Assembly (NCBI RefSeq): GCF_006345805.1
Contig: NC_043005.1
Coordinates: 98,022,001 to 98,086,000, forward strand
DNA length: 64,000 nt
Origin: Octopus sinensis
Lineage: Eukaryota
Direction: 5' to 3'
The notes below the pieces were generated by a model, which was not told the origin of the DNA, made no database searches, and saw only the letters and a list, made by a program, of their open reading frames with translations. Shown here in pieces: positions 27,105-40,375 of the stretch; position 1 is the stretch's first letter, and the number at the start of each line of letters is the position of its first letter. Position numbers and translations under genes: made by a program.

Positions 27105-27461
27105 GCTTCTGTCAAACAGTCCAGGCAAACTCCATGCCTACATGGGAAATGAATATTAAATGATGATGATGATGATCTTGAGACAATGCTATATTTAAAG
27201 GCATGTGGCCCAGTGGTTAAAGTGCTGAACTCCTGCTCAGAAGATCATGGTTTTAATTACTGGACTTACTAGCAATTTTTTTCCTTTACCATATTGTTAC
27301 TGCTTGTGACTGTGATATAGATACTAAAATCTGTGATGGCTGGTTGTATGGTTGTTGTTGTTGCTTAACCCCAGATTAGCACTGAATGAGCAGGTCTACA
27401 ATATAAAGTATTCCATTTTTGTCCCTCCAATAGTAGACTATCAACAGGTCTTTTGCTAAAA

Positions 27462-29105
27462 TAATAATAATGATAATAATGAAATTATTGTCTACAGTGC
27501 TCAGGTGCACCACAACTTTTCAAAAGTGTGTATAAAGCATATGCAGTAATGTACAAATATCTGGGAAGTGAACAGTGTATAAGTCAGATACATGCTTGGG
27601 TATGTATGGAGGGGAGAAAATCAGGTGTAGTGTTGGCGAATCTCAGGAAGCATGGAAGTTTTGAAGGATGCCGTGCTCCGACAACTAACAACTGATGCCA
27701 GCAGTTTGTTCCATGCTTCAGCAACTCTTAGCCCGAAAAAATGTTTCCAAAAGTCATGGGAGCTGTGCTGTTTTCTGACTTTGTAAACATGTCCACGGGT
27801 GTTAGACAGGTGGAGTTTGAAAAGGGGCTCAGAGTTATTGTTAGTAAGATGGTTGATAATTTTATGGGTGTCTGCCAAGTCAGCTGCCAGATGTCGGAGT
27901 TTCAATGTATCCATACCCAGGGAAGTAAGGTGTTCAGAAAATGGAAAATGCCTGATGGAGGGTATTCTCTTAGTTGCACATCGCTGAACGGTTTCCAGAC
28001 GATTATTATCCTGGGCAAGATAGAGGTTCCAGACCGGTGATGCAAATTCCAGGTGAGGCCACACCATAGCTATATAAAGCCTCAGATAGATAGCCAGAGA
28101 GCGGTTCACAAAGAACTTGGTAAGTGATGCCAAGACACCCTCAGCCATCTTGGCAGTTTTAGCAATGTGTTTTGTCCAATGCAAATCGCTGTCGACAATA
28201 ATGCCCAGGTCACGTTCAAAAGAAGACTTTTTGAGATTAGTGTGGTGGAGGGAGTAAGTGGACATTGGGTTTCTCCTCCCAAAATGCATGGTGGTACATT
28301 TGTCCACAGCCAGCTTGAGGTGCCAGTCCATGATCCATTGCTGCATTGCGTCCAGGTTTGATTGCAATAAAGATCTGTAGTGTACAGGATCTGACCTCTT
28401 TATTTCAAGGTACAGTTAGATGTCATCTGCATATTTCAGCACTGTGGCATTCTTTAAGTTGGCATCTATGTCATTAACATATGCAACAAATAAAAGGGGG
28501 CCAAGAACAGATCCCTGTGGTACACCAGATGTCATCTCATAGGGTGAAGAGTGCTGTCCTAGAACTGTGACAACCTCTTTTTGGCCGATAATGAAGGAAT
28601 TCAACCAGTTAGAGAGATCATCTCTTACATCCATTGCAGAGAGTTTCACCATAAGTCTTTTGTGTGGCACAGAATTAAAAGCCTTAGCAAAGTCCAGGTA
28701 AACAACATCCACCCAAGAGCCGCCATCAGTGATTCAGGTAATGTCCTCAAGAAACTCGATGAGTTGATTACAGCAGCTGGAGTTAAGAATAAATCCAAAT
28801 TGTGATGGCTGGATGAGGCTGTGTGACTTCCAGAAGTTCCAGAGGGTTTCTCTGACACAAGATTCCATCAGTTTGGCGATGAAGCCAGTAAGACTGACGG
28901 GGCGATAGTTGACAGGCAATGTGCGACCACCTTTTTCAAACAGAGAGATAACACCGGCAGTTTTCCACTGCTCTGGAGTAACACCATTGTCAAGACAGAA
29001 TTGAAAGAATAGTGAAAGTTGGTTCAGAAGAAAGTACCCACCGCGTTTGAGAAGCAGGTATGTAACACCATCGAGACCAGGAGAAGCATAGTTATGCTTA
29101 TTCTA
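27462..29105 (-). mobile_element. 5'-truncated CR1-clade LINE (RT + C-terminus + 3'UTR + (ATT)n tail), degenerate
   Basis: NYRPVSLT, QFGF, YLDFAKAFNSVPH, SGVPQGSVLGPLLF, KYADD, ERDLGIIVDSDL, HLEFASPVWN, FFGLRVAEAWNKL. Confidence 0.9.
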
Positions 29106-29489
29106 AAGGTGGCATTGTAGTATTGCTGGTGTAAATTTCATAGTAGTTATAGAGTCCGGTGTCAGAGGTGATGGAGATGGAACATTTTGATCTTCGACAG
29201 TAAAGATGTCTTGGTTGTTATTTCTTGTAGGTCAAATGACTATGAAAATGTTCTTTCATTAGCTCATTGGTTGATTGCATTTGATGTTGTGTTTTGTTGT
29301 TTAACCCTTGGTTAATTCTGATTGATCTTATCCAGCATCAAAGCCAATTTACACACGATTTATATCGTCCGGTTGTGTCCTTCATTCTACAAGATGGCAA
29401 GATGTGATATGAGATGAGATAAAGCATTTATGCAGAGATTTACTTTATATATAGATATAGATATATAGATATATAGATATATAGATATA

Positions 29490-29868
29490 TACTAGCAGTA
29501 TAGCCCGGCGTTGCTCAGGTTTGTTTTCTTTTCGACCCTTTAGAATTGGAATATTTGAAAAGTAAAAATTTTGTATTATGTAGCTTGTTATTCTCTTTAA
29601 GTGAACATTTTTCTGGTTGAAATACACCAAAAAATGGTGACACAGCAGTCAAAAAATCGTAAAAAAATAGGGATTTTCATAGAAAAAAAACACCTTTTAA
29701 TGTAAATAATTTTTGGTGTTAACATGGTCTGATTTGAATTTTTTTCTTCTATGGAATGAAGAGCAAGGCTTCTATCATACTTTCAATTTTGGTCAACTTG
29801 CGCTGCAAGTTGAAGGCTACCAAACCTGCCACACACACACAGACAATTTCAGCTTTATATATAAAGAT
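29490..29868 (+). mobile_element. Helitron/Helentron-type non-autonomous element (HINE-like); similar 5' end at 38711-38832
   Basis: Start TACTAGCAGTATAGCCCGGCGTTGCTC, end cacacacagacaatttcagctttatatataaagat, inserted in TA-rich DNA. Confidence 0.55.
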
Positions 29869-30135
29869 ATATCATCATTATAATCCTCATCATCATCATT
29901 TAACATCTGTTGTCCATGCTGGCATGGTTTGAACAGTTTGCTCAGAACTGGCAAGCTAGGGAGCTGCACCATATATATATATATATATATATATACAAAG
30001 AGCAATAAAGATTCAAGTTAATTTAAAAAATTTACTTGAATATGGTACCTAACTTAGATGCACCAAAAAAAACTATACTGATTTAACAATACAGTAATGT
30101 GGGGTGATTATAAGCGAGAAAGAAGCAACAAGAAT

Positions 30136-30195
<60 letters not shown>

Positions 30196-30409
30196 GATAT
30201 ATATGTACATATATATATAATATATATATATATGTGTATTTTAATAGTTATCGCCATACTAATATGGCATTCTTATAAAAATAAGAAAAAAGCTGTCCGC
30301 TTATTAGCTCCATGAGGCCATCGCCTAAAGTTAGCTATTTGATACACAAACTGTATCCATATAACCTTCGAACAAGGGAGGTCAGTCGCTCCACACTAGT
30401 TGATCGACA

Positions 30410-30451
30410 GCTACAGACGCGTTTCGGGGTATTGCCCCTTGTCAATGTAGC
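30410..30451 (-). ncRNA. Minimal type-I hammerhead ribozyme, U3-A8 core variant (copy 1)
   Basis: Minus strand: gctaca TTGACAA gggg-caata-cccc GAAA cgcg TC tgtagc; 6-bp stem I, 4-bp stem II, palindromic ACGCGT stem III, GUC site. Confidence 0.8.
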
Positions 30452-30771
30452 GTAGTCAGACCAGTAGGTGTCGCTTCCGACTATCTCTGTTCGAAGGTTT
30501 TATTTACCTAGTTTCGGTGGAATACATCCACTTGTTTTCAATAATAGAAATATTAAAATTACTAAGTCTCTCTAAAAGAGAACACGGCAGCGTTCCTGGA
30601 AATTAATAGTTATCGCCATACTAATATGGCATTCTTATAAAAATAAGAATAAAGCTGTCCGCTTATTAGCTCCATGAGGCCATCGCCTTAAGTTAGCTAT
30701 TTGATACACAAACTGTATCCATATAACCTTCGAACAAGGGAGGTCAGTCACTCCACACTACTTGATCGACA

Positions 30772-30813
30772 GCTACAGACGCGTTTCGGGGTATTGCCCC
30801 TTGTCAATGTAGC
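30772..30813 (-). ncRNA. Same U3-A8 hammerhead (copy 2, identical)
   Basis: Identical 42-nt motif 362 bp downstream. Confidence 0.8.
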
Positions 30814-31038
30814 GTAGTCAGACCAGTAGGTGTCGCTTCCGACTATCTCTGTTCGAAGGTTTTATTTAGTATGGCGATAACTATTAATTTCCAGGAACGC
30901 TGCCGTGTTCTCTTTTAGAGAGACTTAGTAATTTTAATATTTCTATTATTGAAAACAAGTGGATGTATTCCACCGAAACTAGGTAAATAAAACCTTTGAA
31001 CAGAGATAGTCGGAAGCGACACCTACTGGTCTGACTAC

Positions 31039-31080
31039 GCTACATTGACAAGGGACAATACCCCGAAACGTGTTTGTAGC
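31039..31080 (+). ncRNA. Same hammerhead in inverted copy, three substitutions (probably impaired)
   Basis: gctaca TTGACAA gggacaatacccc GAAA cgtg TT tgtagc. Confidence 0.6.
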
Positions 31081-32944
31081 TGTCGATCAACTAGTGTGGA
31101 GCGACTGACCTCCCTTGTTCGAAGGTTATATGGATACAGTTTGTGTATCAAATAGCTAACTTAAGGCGATGGCCTCATGGAGCTAATAAGCGGACAGCTT
31201 TATTCTTATTTTTATAAGAATGCCATATTAGTATGGCGATAACTATTAATTTCCAGGAACGCTGCCGTGTTCTCTTTTAGAGAGACTTAGTAATTTTAAT
31301 ATTTCTATTATATATATGTACATATATATATATACATACATACATATAAATACATTTAAATTGTGACATCACAATGTCAAAGACAAATAGATATTCTAGG
31401 GACTTCATAGATACAGACAAATATGAAGCGAGACACGTAGTAAAATGAGAAACGGGGATGTTTTCCCAGCCAATTATGTAGAAGTGGTTAAGATGAAGAA
31501 GAGCTGATAAATCTGTTTAATCATCTGGAATGAGCTTTCTGCACAAGATCGAACCAGTTCATAGATTACACAAAGCAACTGAGCTAACAATATATGAATA
31601 CTTGATAAAAAGGGACAATTGAGTTAATTATGGATGGTGTAATATCTGAGGCTACAATATGGTGCTTTGTGATCATATTGAGGTTGTTGTTCTTGTTAGG
31701 GAGGCTGGGTTATTTTTATGCATTTTAAATTACATTTTGTGAACAATGGTGTTATTTATTGCAGCTTCCTAATGGAGTAGTCATTGGTTCACTGAATTTC
31801 ACTATGACAAGATGACAAAGGATTATCTTTGCAATGTGGATGAAACAAATACCTCACAAAGGGTTTCACAATGGTTTTTACATTTTTTGCTGAGACACAT
31901 TTCATTGAAACAAACACAAAGCCATACATACACGATGGTCTTAATGAACGTGTGAACAAACTACATGTATATATACATACATAATAATAATAATGATAAT
32001 AATATTAGGGAGTATAACTCCAAACTTACAGGGAAAAATTCAGTTTAGTATTAAATCATATATATATATATATATAAATATATCTTCATCATCATCATCA
32101 TCGTTTAACGTCCGTTTTCTGTGCTAGCATGGGTTGGATGGTTCAACCGGGGTCTGGGAAGCCAGGAGGCTGCACTAGGCTCCAGTCTGATCTAGCAGTG
32201 TTTCTACACCTAGATGCCCTTCCTAACACCAACCACTCCAAGAGTGTAGTGGGTGATTTTTACATGCCACCAACACAGGTGCCAGGGGAGGCTGGCAGCG
32301 GCCATGATCGGTTGGTGCTTTTTACGTGCCACCAGCACAGAAGCCAGTCAAAGCAGCACTAGTATCGGCCCGGTGCTGGCATCGGCCAAAGTATTCAGAA
32401 TTAAATTTCCGAGCCGAAGGGGGCACCTGGGATTGAACTGGGGACCTCTCGATCTGCAGTCAAATGCTCTTCCACTGAGCTATATATATATATATATATT
32501 ATATGTATCATCAGTAAATCCTAAATCCAAAAGAGAAGCACACTCTAAGTTATAAAGCAGTAGAATATTTACATAAAAATAGCAAGAAGAACTCCCTCAA
32601 CCCAGGGAACATCTTAAATTCCAGGACAGAAGTCTTCAGGCCCTGCTTACATTTCAGGCAATTCCTACTGAAATCCTGGGATCTGCAACCTGACTGGGTG
32701 GATTCGGGATAGTATTCTAAGGGAGACAATCCCTTGTACTTCACCTTTCTTCTTTGTCTATGCATTCAAAAACTAACCACGGGACCTTTTCTATGTCCAT
32801 TTTGGGGAGAGGTTAGAGGCCACCAACCATTAGGATCTGATGTCAAGCAGTTTATGAATGTGAAACCCTAGGTAACCCTATGAATTGGCCATAACTATCT
32901 TTATCTGAATATATAAATATATGCAATAATATACAAATGGAAAA

Positions 32945-33290
32945 AAATCCTAGATACTCAATAATTTACATATGGAGAATCCTAGAAGGGCTAGAACCTA
33001 ACTTTTGAATTGAGTGTTATATAAATGCCAGAATTGGCCGCCAATGTATTGTACCAAAAGTACCATCCACTCCATCTAAATTCATAACCATGTATTGCAA
33101 TATTCTAGTGTTCAAAGCCCCACAGCTCTTCAATGCCCCACCACAAAAATGAAAAAATTTGCATAAGGTGGAAGCAGATGTCTTCAAAAAGGAATTAGAC
33201 ATCCTCCTCTCCAAAATGCCGGATGAACCAACAGCTGAGACAAAGGCACATACAGGAGTGGTGATGTGAAACACTCAGACTGAGGAAGTC
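32945..33290 (+). mobile_element. CR1/L2-type LINE 3' fragment
   Basis: RYSIIYIWRILEGLEPNF...APQLFNA...DVFKKELDILLSKMPDEP. Confidence 0.7.
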
Positions 33291-34689
33291 AGAAAGACTT
33301 TGTGGTGCTCCAGCATGACCATGGCTGCATGGCTGAAATGAGTAAAAGAGTAATAAATATATATATATTAGAGTTTGTATGATTGTGTACAGGCAAATAT
33401 ATTAGTCAATGAGTTTTCAACATAATCTGCATTTCACATTTTATCTTTGCATGTTTTTACAATTTTGCAATATTACATATTATGATAATACAAGCACTGT
33501 TGAGGCAAGTGAAATCGAAATCAAATTCGATGACTGGCATCTATGCTAGTGGGGTGCAAAGAGCACCATACGAGTGTGATTGTTGACAGAGCGGCTAAAT
33601 GGCTTCTGTGCCAGTGACACATAAAAGGCACCATTCAAGTGTGATCATTACCAGTATCGCCTTACTGGCACCTGTGTTGGTGGCATGTGTAAAAAGATTC
33701 GAGTGAGGTCATTGCCAGTACTGCCTGACTGGCTTCTGTGCCGGTGGCACATAAAAGCACCAACTACACTCTTGGAGTGGTTGGTGTTAGGAAGGGCAAC
33801 CAGCAGTAGAAACTCTGCCAGATCAAGATTGGAGCCTGGTGTAGCCATCTGGTTCACCAGCCCTCAGTCAAATTGTCCAACCCATGCTAGCATGGAAAGC
33901 GGACGTTAAACGATGACGATTCACTTGGAAAAAAAAATGAAGTTTATGTATAGTCAAATGAAATATTGGTCCACTGTATAGAATAAATACAGCTGGTGTA
34001 TGTTCCCAGCAAACCAAACCAAATGAAGGACCTGGTTTTCATTCTCACTGGTAACTAATACATTTTACTTATGTTGCTTTGAGTAAAGCCTTGCTGTCAT
34101 TGTACGATCTCATTTTATCTCCCCTTTCCTGAACATTCCGAGGCCTTGTGCTTTTTTTTTATTGCAAAAAAAGACAAAAATCAATATTTGAAGCTCATGT
34201 TTCACTGATCTAAAGAGAAAAATAAAATAAATATATTTATCAGAGAATTTTCTATAGAAAAGAAAAAGCGTATTGGAATTGGAATGTATAAGTAAGTATG
34301 TAGCACCATACATTGCTTTTTACATCGATGTGAGTGATGACAAAAGATAACAGGCAAGGCATACCAATTTGATTAAATGTGATGTGTGGTGATGTCGCTG
34401 CAATGATAAAATACCTCTTGTTATTGGTAAATTTTCAAAGAATTGCTTTCTACTTTTCTTTTAGTTTTTTTTCCATTGATTTTCCTTTTTTTTAATGAAG
34501 GAAATGTAAATTCGGAAAGAAGAATGTTTGGTGTAAACAAAGAAGACATTTTCCGTGGTGGATTTTTGCTTCGTATTAATATGCTTCAGGTGTTTTCCTT
34601 GCTAATCTCTCTCTTAAGATGGAAATTTCAACATTATTATATGAAAAAAAATCATTATCGTCATATTCTCCATTGTTTCAGTAACCCTT

Positions 34690-35290
34690 TAACCATCGGT
34701 TAAACATGTCCATCAGGCAGTATGTCACTACCTTGTTCCTGTCTTTTACCATCTCTTCTATGAGGGCCAATATTCCAAGATCTGCCACACCCTGCCCAAC
34801 TTCCCATATTCTCTTTGATCATGTTTTTCTTCCACAGTCATATATTCACACCGACAGCATATGACACCTTTTCATCCAGCTCTCATTATCCAGTATGGTT
34901 ATTTCTCTTGCACACATAAGCTGACGATCATCTCAATTTTGCACACAAGTTAATGAATTAAATGCTCAGCCACTTCCACAAATCACATTTGCTCTGTCTT
35001 TCAGCTTAACATTACCCAACCATTACTACATAATCTTACCTGCTTCATTTCTCTCCAGTTTTTATAGATCTTCTCTTCTACTGTTGTTGCTCATGTCTCA
35101 CTGCTCTAATTTATCATACTTCTTACATATGTTTTACACACAGACTACTTTGCACACCTTCAGAGAGAGAAACACCTTCATTGTTACCAGTAAAGACAGT
35201 TTATCCTTAAACTGAGCGGATAAATAATTGGGCACATCTATCAGGAGGTACACCAAAACCCCCATTAGTGTATTGATTTATAACCCCTAC
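34690..35290 (-). mobile_element. Highly degenerate RTE LINE 3' fragment
   Basis: Minus-strand frames with many stops retain the layout of the RTE C-terminal region seen intact at 5108-5420. Confidence 0.5.
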
Positions 35291-35689
35291 TCTGTCTGCT
35301 GGCCATTTAGATGTATTATCGACTCACTTGTCTGTTTTCCTTCTAAATTCATGTAAATGCAACTTATGTCTCCACACTCCAGTTAGCAACTGTCAATCAA
35401 ACTAACCCAAGTATATGACTGCTACTTTATTTTACAAGCTTCAAAAAGATGACAAGTAAAGTTAACCCTGGCAAGGCATTTCATTTGGTTTTCTAAGTTT
35501 TGTTAAATTAATGAATATATTCTATAACCAATAAGTGTTTCATTAGCTTGTAGTGAGGGTTCAAAAACAATTATGAACATAGCATGTCCATTTCCTAAAA
35601 TTTGTTAACCTTTTACCATTGTTAGAAAGCATTATATACAGTGCTATCATTGCTTTTAACAATAAGTGTATTTGAATATGTATTGAGTG

Positions 35690-36110
35690 TATTTCCATGC
35701 TAAGTGTATTACTGTATACTATCTATTTCATCACTAAGTGTATTACCATATGGTACCTATTTAGTATTAAGGAAGTGTGTATTTCCATATGCACCTATTT
35801 CAGCAGTAAGTGTACCGCTATAGAAAAACTTGTTTCAGCAGTAAGTGCACTTCCAAATAACACCTGCTTCAGCAGTAAGTGTACTGCCATATGTTATCTA
35901 TTTTAGCTGTAAGTGTACTTCCATAAAGAACCTATTTTGGCAGTAAATATATTTTCGTATGGTACCTTCTTCAGCAGTAAGTGTACTTCCACATGGTACT
36001 TATTTTAGTTGTAAGTGTACTTTCATATTCTGCCTATTTCAACAGTAAGTGTATTTCTATATGATACCTATTTCAGCAGTTAGTGTACTTCCAAATTGTA
36101 CCTGTTTCTA
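35690..36110. repeat. Diverged 34-bp minisatellite, ~12 units (consensus CAGCAGTAAGTGTACTTCCATATGGTACCTATTT)
   Basis: Unit starts at 35801, 35836, 35870, 35904, 35938, 35972, 36006, 36040, 36074. Confidence 0.9.
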
Positions 36111-36479
36111 CAAAATATATTTAACCCTCGTTGTCTATGTGCATGATGCAACATAGTTTATGAGACACAAACAGACACAAACCATCAACACTTTGACACA
36201 CTGAAGTGTGCTATTCTGACACTCTATAAACATTGCCAGCCAGCTGAGATTTCATTCAGGATAAGAGGTATAATTATAAGCAATGTGATTTCTCAGACAT
36301 AAGCTACTTGATCAGAGATATGCTATTAACTGGCATAAATTTCAGGTTGACAATGGATCAGAATACATGCATGCATACATATATACATACATGCATACAT
36401 ACATACATACATACATATATACACACACACACATATATATTTATATATATATATAAGCATGTATGTATATATCTATATC

Positions 36480-37182
<703 letters not shown>

Positions 37183-37209
37183 ATCTATATATATATATAT
37201 ATATATATA

Positions 37210-37860
37210 AACAGGGTGCAATGGGTAAATTGTCACCATTTTATATTTTTAATTTAGTGCATGTGCATTGTTTGTTTTTGATTTTGTTGACTACACAGTA
37301 TAGCGGGGTCAGTTGGGCACCATCTGTGAGAAAAACACCACAATGACGCAAATCACTCTGCCAGAAATTTGGAAACAACATGCTGTACTGCTTGGCATTT
37401 ACACCTGAAGATCCAATACAAACATTTCAGAGTGTTTGGGTGTTAATCTGAGGACTGTACAATCTGAGGAGATGTACTGAGAGTGATAAAAACCAAACAT
37501 CATGGTGTTTGGAGGGATCACTAGTGATGGTGACGTTATGCCTCCATTCGTCTTCCCACATGGCCTCAGACTCAACATGGAGGCCTACATCAAGTGCCTG
37601 GAGGAGGTAGTGCTGCCCTGGGTGAAGAGGGTGGCTGCTGGAACATCCTATATCTGGCAACAAGACTCTGCACCATGCCACACAAGTAGGAGAACCCAGC
37701 CATGGCTGTCAGACAATTTCTGCAACCACATCACCCCTGACTTCTGCCCACCTAGCTCCCCAGACTGCAATCACCTTGATTATTTTGTGTGGGGCACAGT
37801 TGAGCAAGAGACCAACAAAACTCCTTGTAACACCAAAGATGAACTGAGGGCAAGAATTAT
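37210..37860 (+). mobile_element. maT/DD37D (IS630-Tc1-mariner) transposon fragment
   Basis: MVFGGITSDG...WQQDSAPCHT...PPSSPDCNHLDY; 37 residues between last two catalytic Asp; second fragment at ~60240-60830. Confidence 0.8.
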
Positions 37861-38631
37861 AGGATATTCATCGACACCCGTGAGCCATTGGAAAAGTCAG
37901 CCAATTGGGTCAATGGATTCTTCACAAACTTTCCAAGTCTAATCATGTGCAGAGAGTGAATGTGTGCTCTTCTTTGCTGTCACATCTCACGAATAGACCT
38001 TTTTTTGGACCAAATAGTGACTGGTGACGAGAAACGGGTTCCCTATAAAAATGTCAAGTGCCAAAGACAGTGGGTAGGAAAAGGAGAATCATTGGCACTC
38101 CAAGCGAAAGAAGGTCTTCACCCACACAAAGTGTTGTTATCTGTTTGGTGGGATATGAAAGGTTTAGTCCATTTTGAACTTTTAAACCCAAACCAAACAA
38201 TAACAAAGGAGATCTACTGTGAGCAGCACTAGAAGAAAAACGACTATCATTGGTTTCAAGATGAAAGGTGTTCTTCCATCAGGCTCGGCCACATGCCGTG
38301 AGGATAGCATTCGAAAGGCTGGAGCAGTATGAACGGGAAACGATCCCCTACCCACCATATTCACTGGACATTGCCCCATCTGATTATCATTTATTTTGCA
38401 GTCTTCAAAATCATTTGGATGGAAAGATTATGAATTCTATAGACGAGGAGTATTTTTCATCATGGACAAGTGAATTTTGGAAGAGAGGCCTTGCAAGTTT
38501 ACCGGATGGATGGAAGAGCATTGCAGAAAATGAAGGAGAGTATATTTTAGATTAAAAAAGAACTTTATCTTAACTTTGAAAAATAGAAGAAGCATATAAA
38601 AAAACCCTCATTATTTTTGGAATGACTCAAT

Positions 38632-38634
<3 letters not shown>
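37861..38634 (+). mobile_element. mariner (DD34D) transposase 3' two-thirds plus right TIR, degenerate
   Basis: WIPHKL, IVTGDEKRV, KVLLSVWWD, ARPH, PYSLDIAPSDYHLF, EGEYILD*; TIR-like cattatttttggaatgactcaata followed by TA; more mariner 3' pieces at 59830-60152. Confidence 0.85.
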
Positions 38635-38713
<79 letters not shown>

Positions 38714-38834
38714 TAACAGTATAACCCGGCTTTGCCTGGGATTAAGTTAGGATTATTAAGCTAATCAAGTTCTTTATTTCAAACCAAACTAAGAAACATC
38801 GATGTCAAATTTGGGCTAAATCTGTTGAAATTGG

Positions 38835-38865
<31 letters not shown>

Positions 38866-38993
38866 TATATATATATACTATATATATATATATACATATA
38901 TATATATCTGTGTGTGTGTGTGTGTGTGTGTGCGTGCGTGTGTGCGTGTGTGCATGTGTGTGTGTGTGTGCGTGTATGTATATATATATCGAC

Positions 38994-39037
<44 letters not shown>

Positions 39038-39039
<2 letters not shown>

Positions 39040-40307
39040 TCATCATCATCATCATCATCATTTAACATCCGCTTTCCATGCTAGCATGGGTTGGATGGTT
39101 CAACTGGGGTCTGAGGAGCCCGAAGGCTGCGCCAGGCCAGTCAGATCTGGCAGTGTTTTTACAGCTGGATGCCCTTCCTAATGCCAACCACTCCGAGAGT
39201 GTAGTGGGTGATTTTATGTGCCACCGACACAGGTGCCAGACGAGGCTGGTGAACGGCCACGCTCGGATGTTGTTTTTTATGTGCCACCGACACAGGTGCC
39301 AGATGAGGCTGGCGAACGGCCACGATAGGATGGTGTTTGTTATGTGCCCACAGCACGGAGGCCAGTCGATGCGGTACTGGCTACGGCCACATTCGGATGG
39401 TTTTCTTGTGTGCCACCGGCACTGGTACCACAAAGATACAAATTCCATTGATGTTCATCTATTTTGATTTGTTTTGATTTTCACTTGCCTCAACAGGTCT
39501 TCACAAGTGTCACAAGAAGGAAGGTATGCACAGGTGGACTGACTACGTCCCAGGTAGGGGCCACGGGTTATGGCCTGACTAGTCTTGCCGGGTCTTCGGA
39601 TGGTGTTTTTATGTGCCACCGACCCAGGTGCCAGATGAGGCTGGCGAACGGCCACGATCGGATGGTGTTTGTTACGTGCCCACAGCACGGAGGCCAGTCG
39701 ATGCGGTTCTGGCTACCGCCATGTTCGGATGGTTTTCTTGTGTGCCACCGGCACTGGTACCACAGGGATACAAATTCCATTGATGTTCATCTATTTTGAT
39801 TTGATTTGATTTGATTTTGATTTTCACTTGCCTCAACAGGTCTTCACAAGCATCACAAGAAGGAAGGTATGCACAGGTGGACTGACTACGTCCCAGGTAG
39901 GGACCACGGGTTATGGCCTGACTAGTCTTGCCGGGTCTTCGGATGGTGTTTTTATGTGCCACCGACACAGGTGCCAGATGAGGCTGGCGAATGGCCACGA
40001 TCGGATGGTGTTTGTTATGTGCCCACAGCACGATGGCCAGTCGATGCGGTACTGGCTACGGCCACGTTCGGATGGTTTTCTTGTGTGCCACCAGCACTGG
40101 TACCATAAAGATACAAATTCCATCTATTTGTTTTGATTTTCACTTGCCTCAACAGGTCTTCACAAGTGTCACAAGAAGGAAGGTATGCACAGGTGGACTG
40201 ACTACGTCCCAGGTAGGGGCCACGGGTTATGGCCTGACTAGTCTTGCCGGGTCTTCTCACGCACAGCATACTTCCATAGGTCTCGGTCTCTAGTCATTTC
40301 CTTGGTG

Positions 40308-40308
<1 letters not shown>
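39038..40308 (-). mobile_element. RTE 3' end whose 3'UTR is tandemly triplicated (~316-343-bp units)
   Basis: RTE terminus EMTRDRDLWKYAVREKTRQD at 40238-40308; tcacttgcctcaacagg recurs at 39481, 39824, 40140; (CAT)n tail. Confidence 0.85.

Positions 40309-40375
<67 letters not shown>

Larger units (their letters stand above)
30241..31311. mobile_element. 362-bp tandem + inverted array carrying hammerhead ribozymes (Penelope-like pseudo-LTR / retrozyme-like)
   Basis: ~1.7 direct copies (30241-30868) then ~1.2 inverted copies (30866-31311), flanked by (TA)n; HHR period 362 bp. Confidence 0.8.

Noticed and set aside
32550-32765. Possible minus-strand exon (AG acceptor ~32760, GTAAG donor ~32651)
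   Set aside because: Only one open frame, with an unrecognisable peptide, and no partner exons found
35690-36110. CRISPR-like look (conserved block + variable block, fixed period)
   Set aside because: The 'spacers' are homologous to each other, the context is eukaryotic and there are no cas genes; it is a minisatellite
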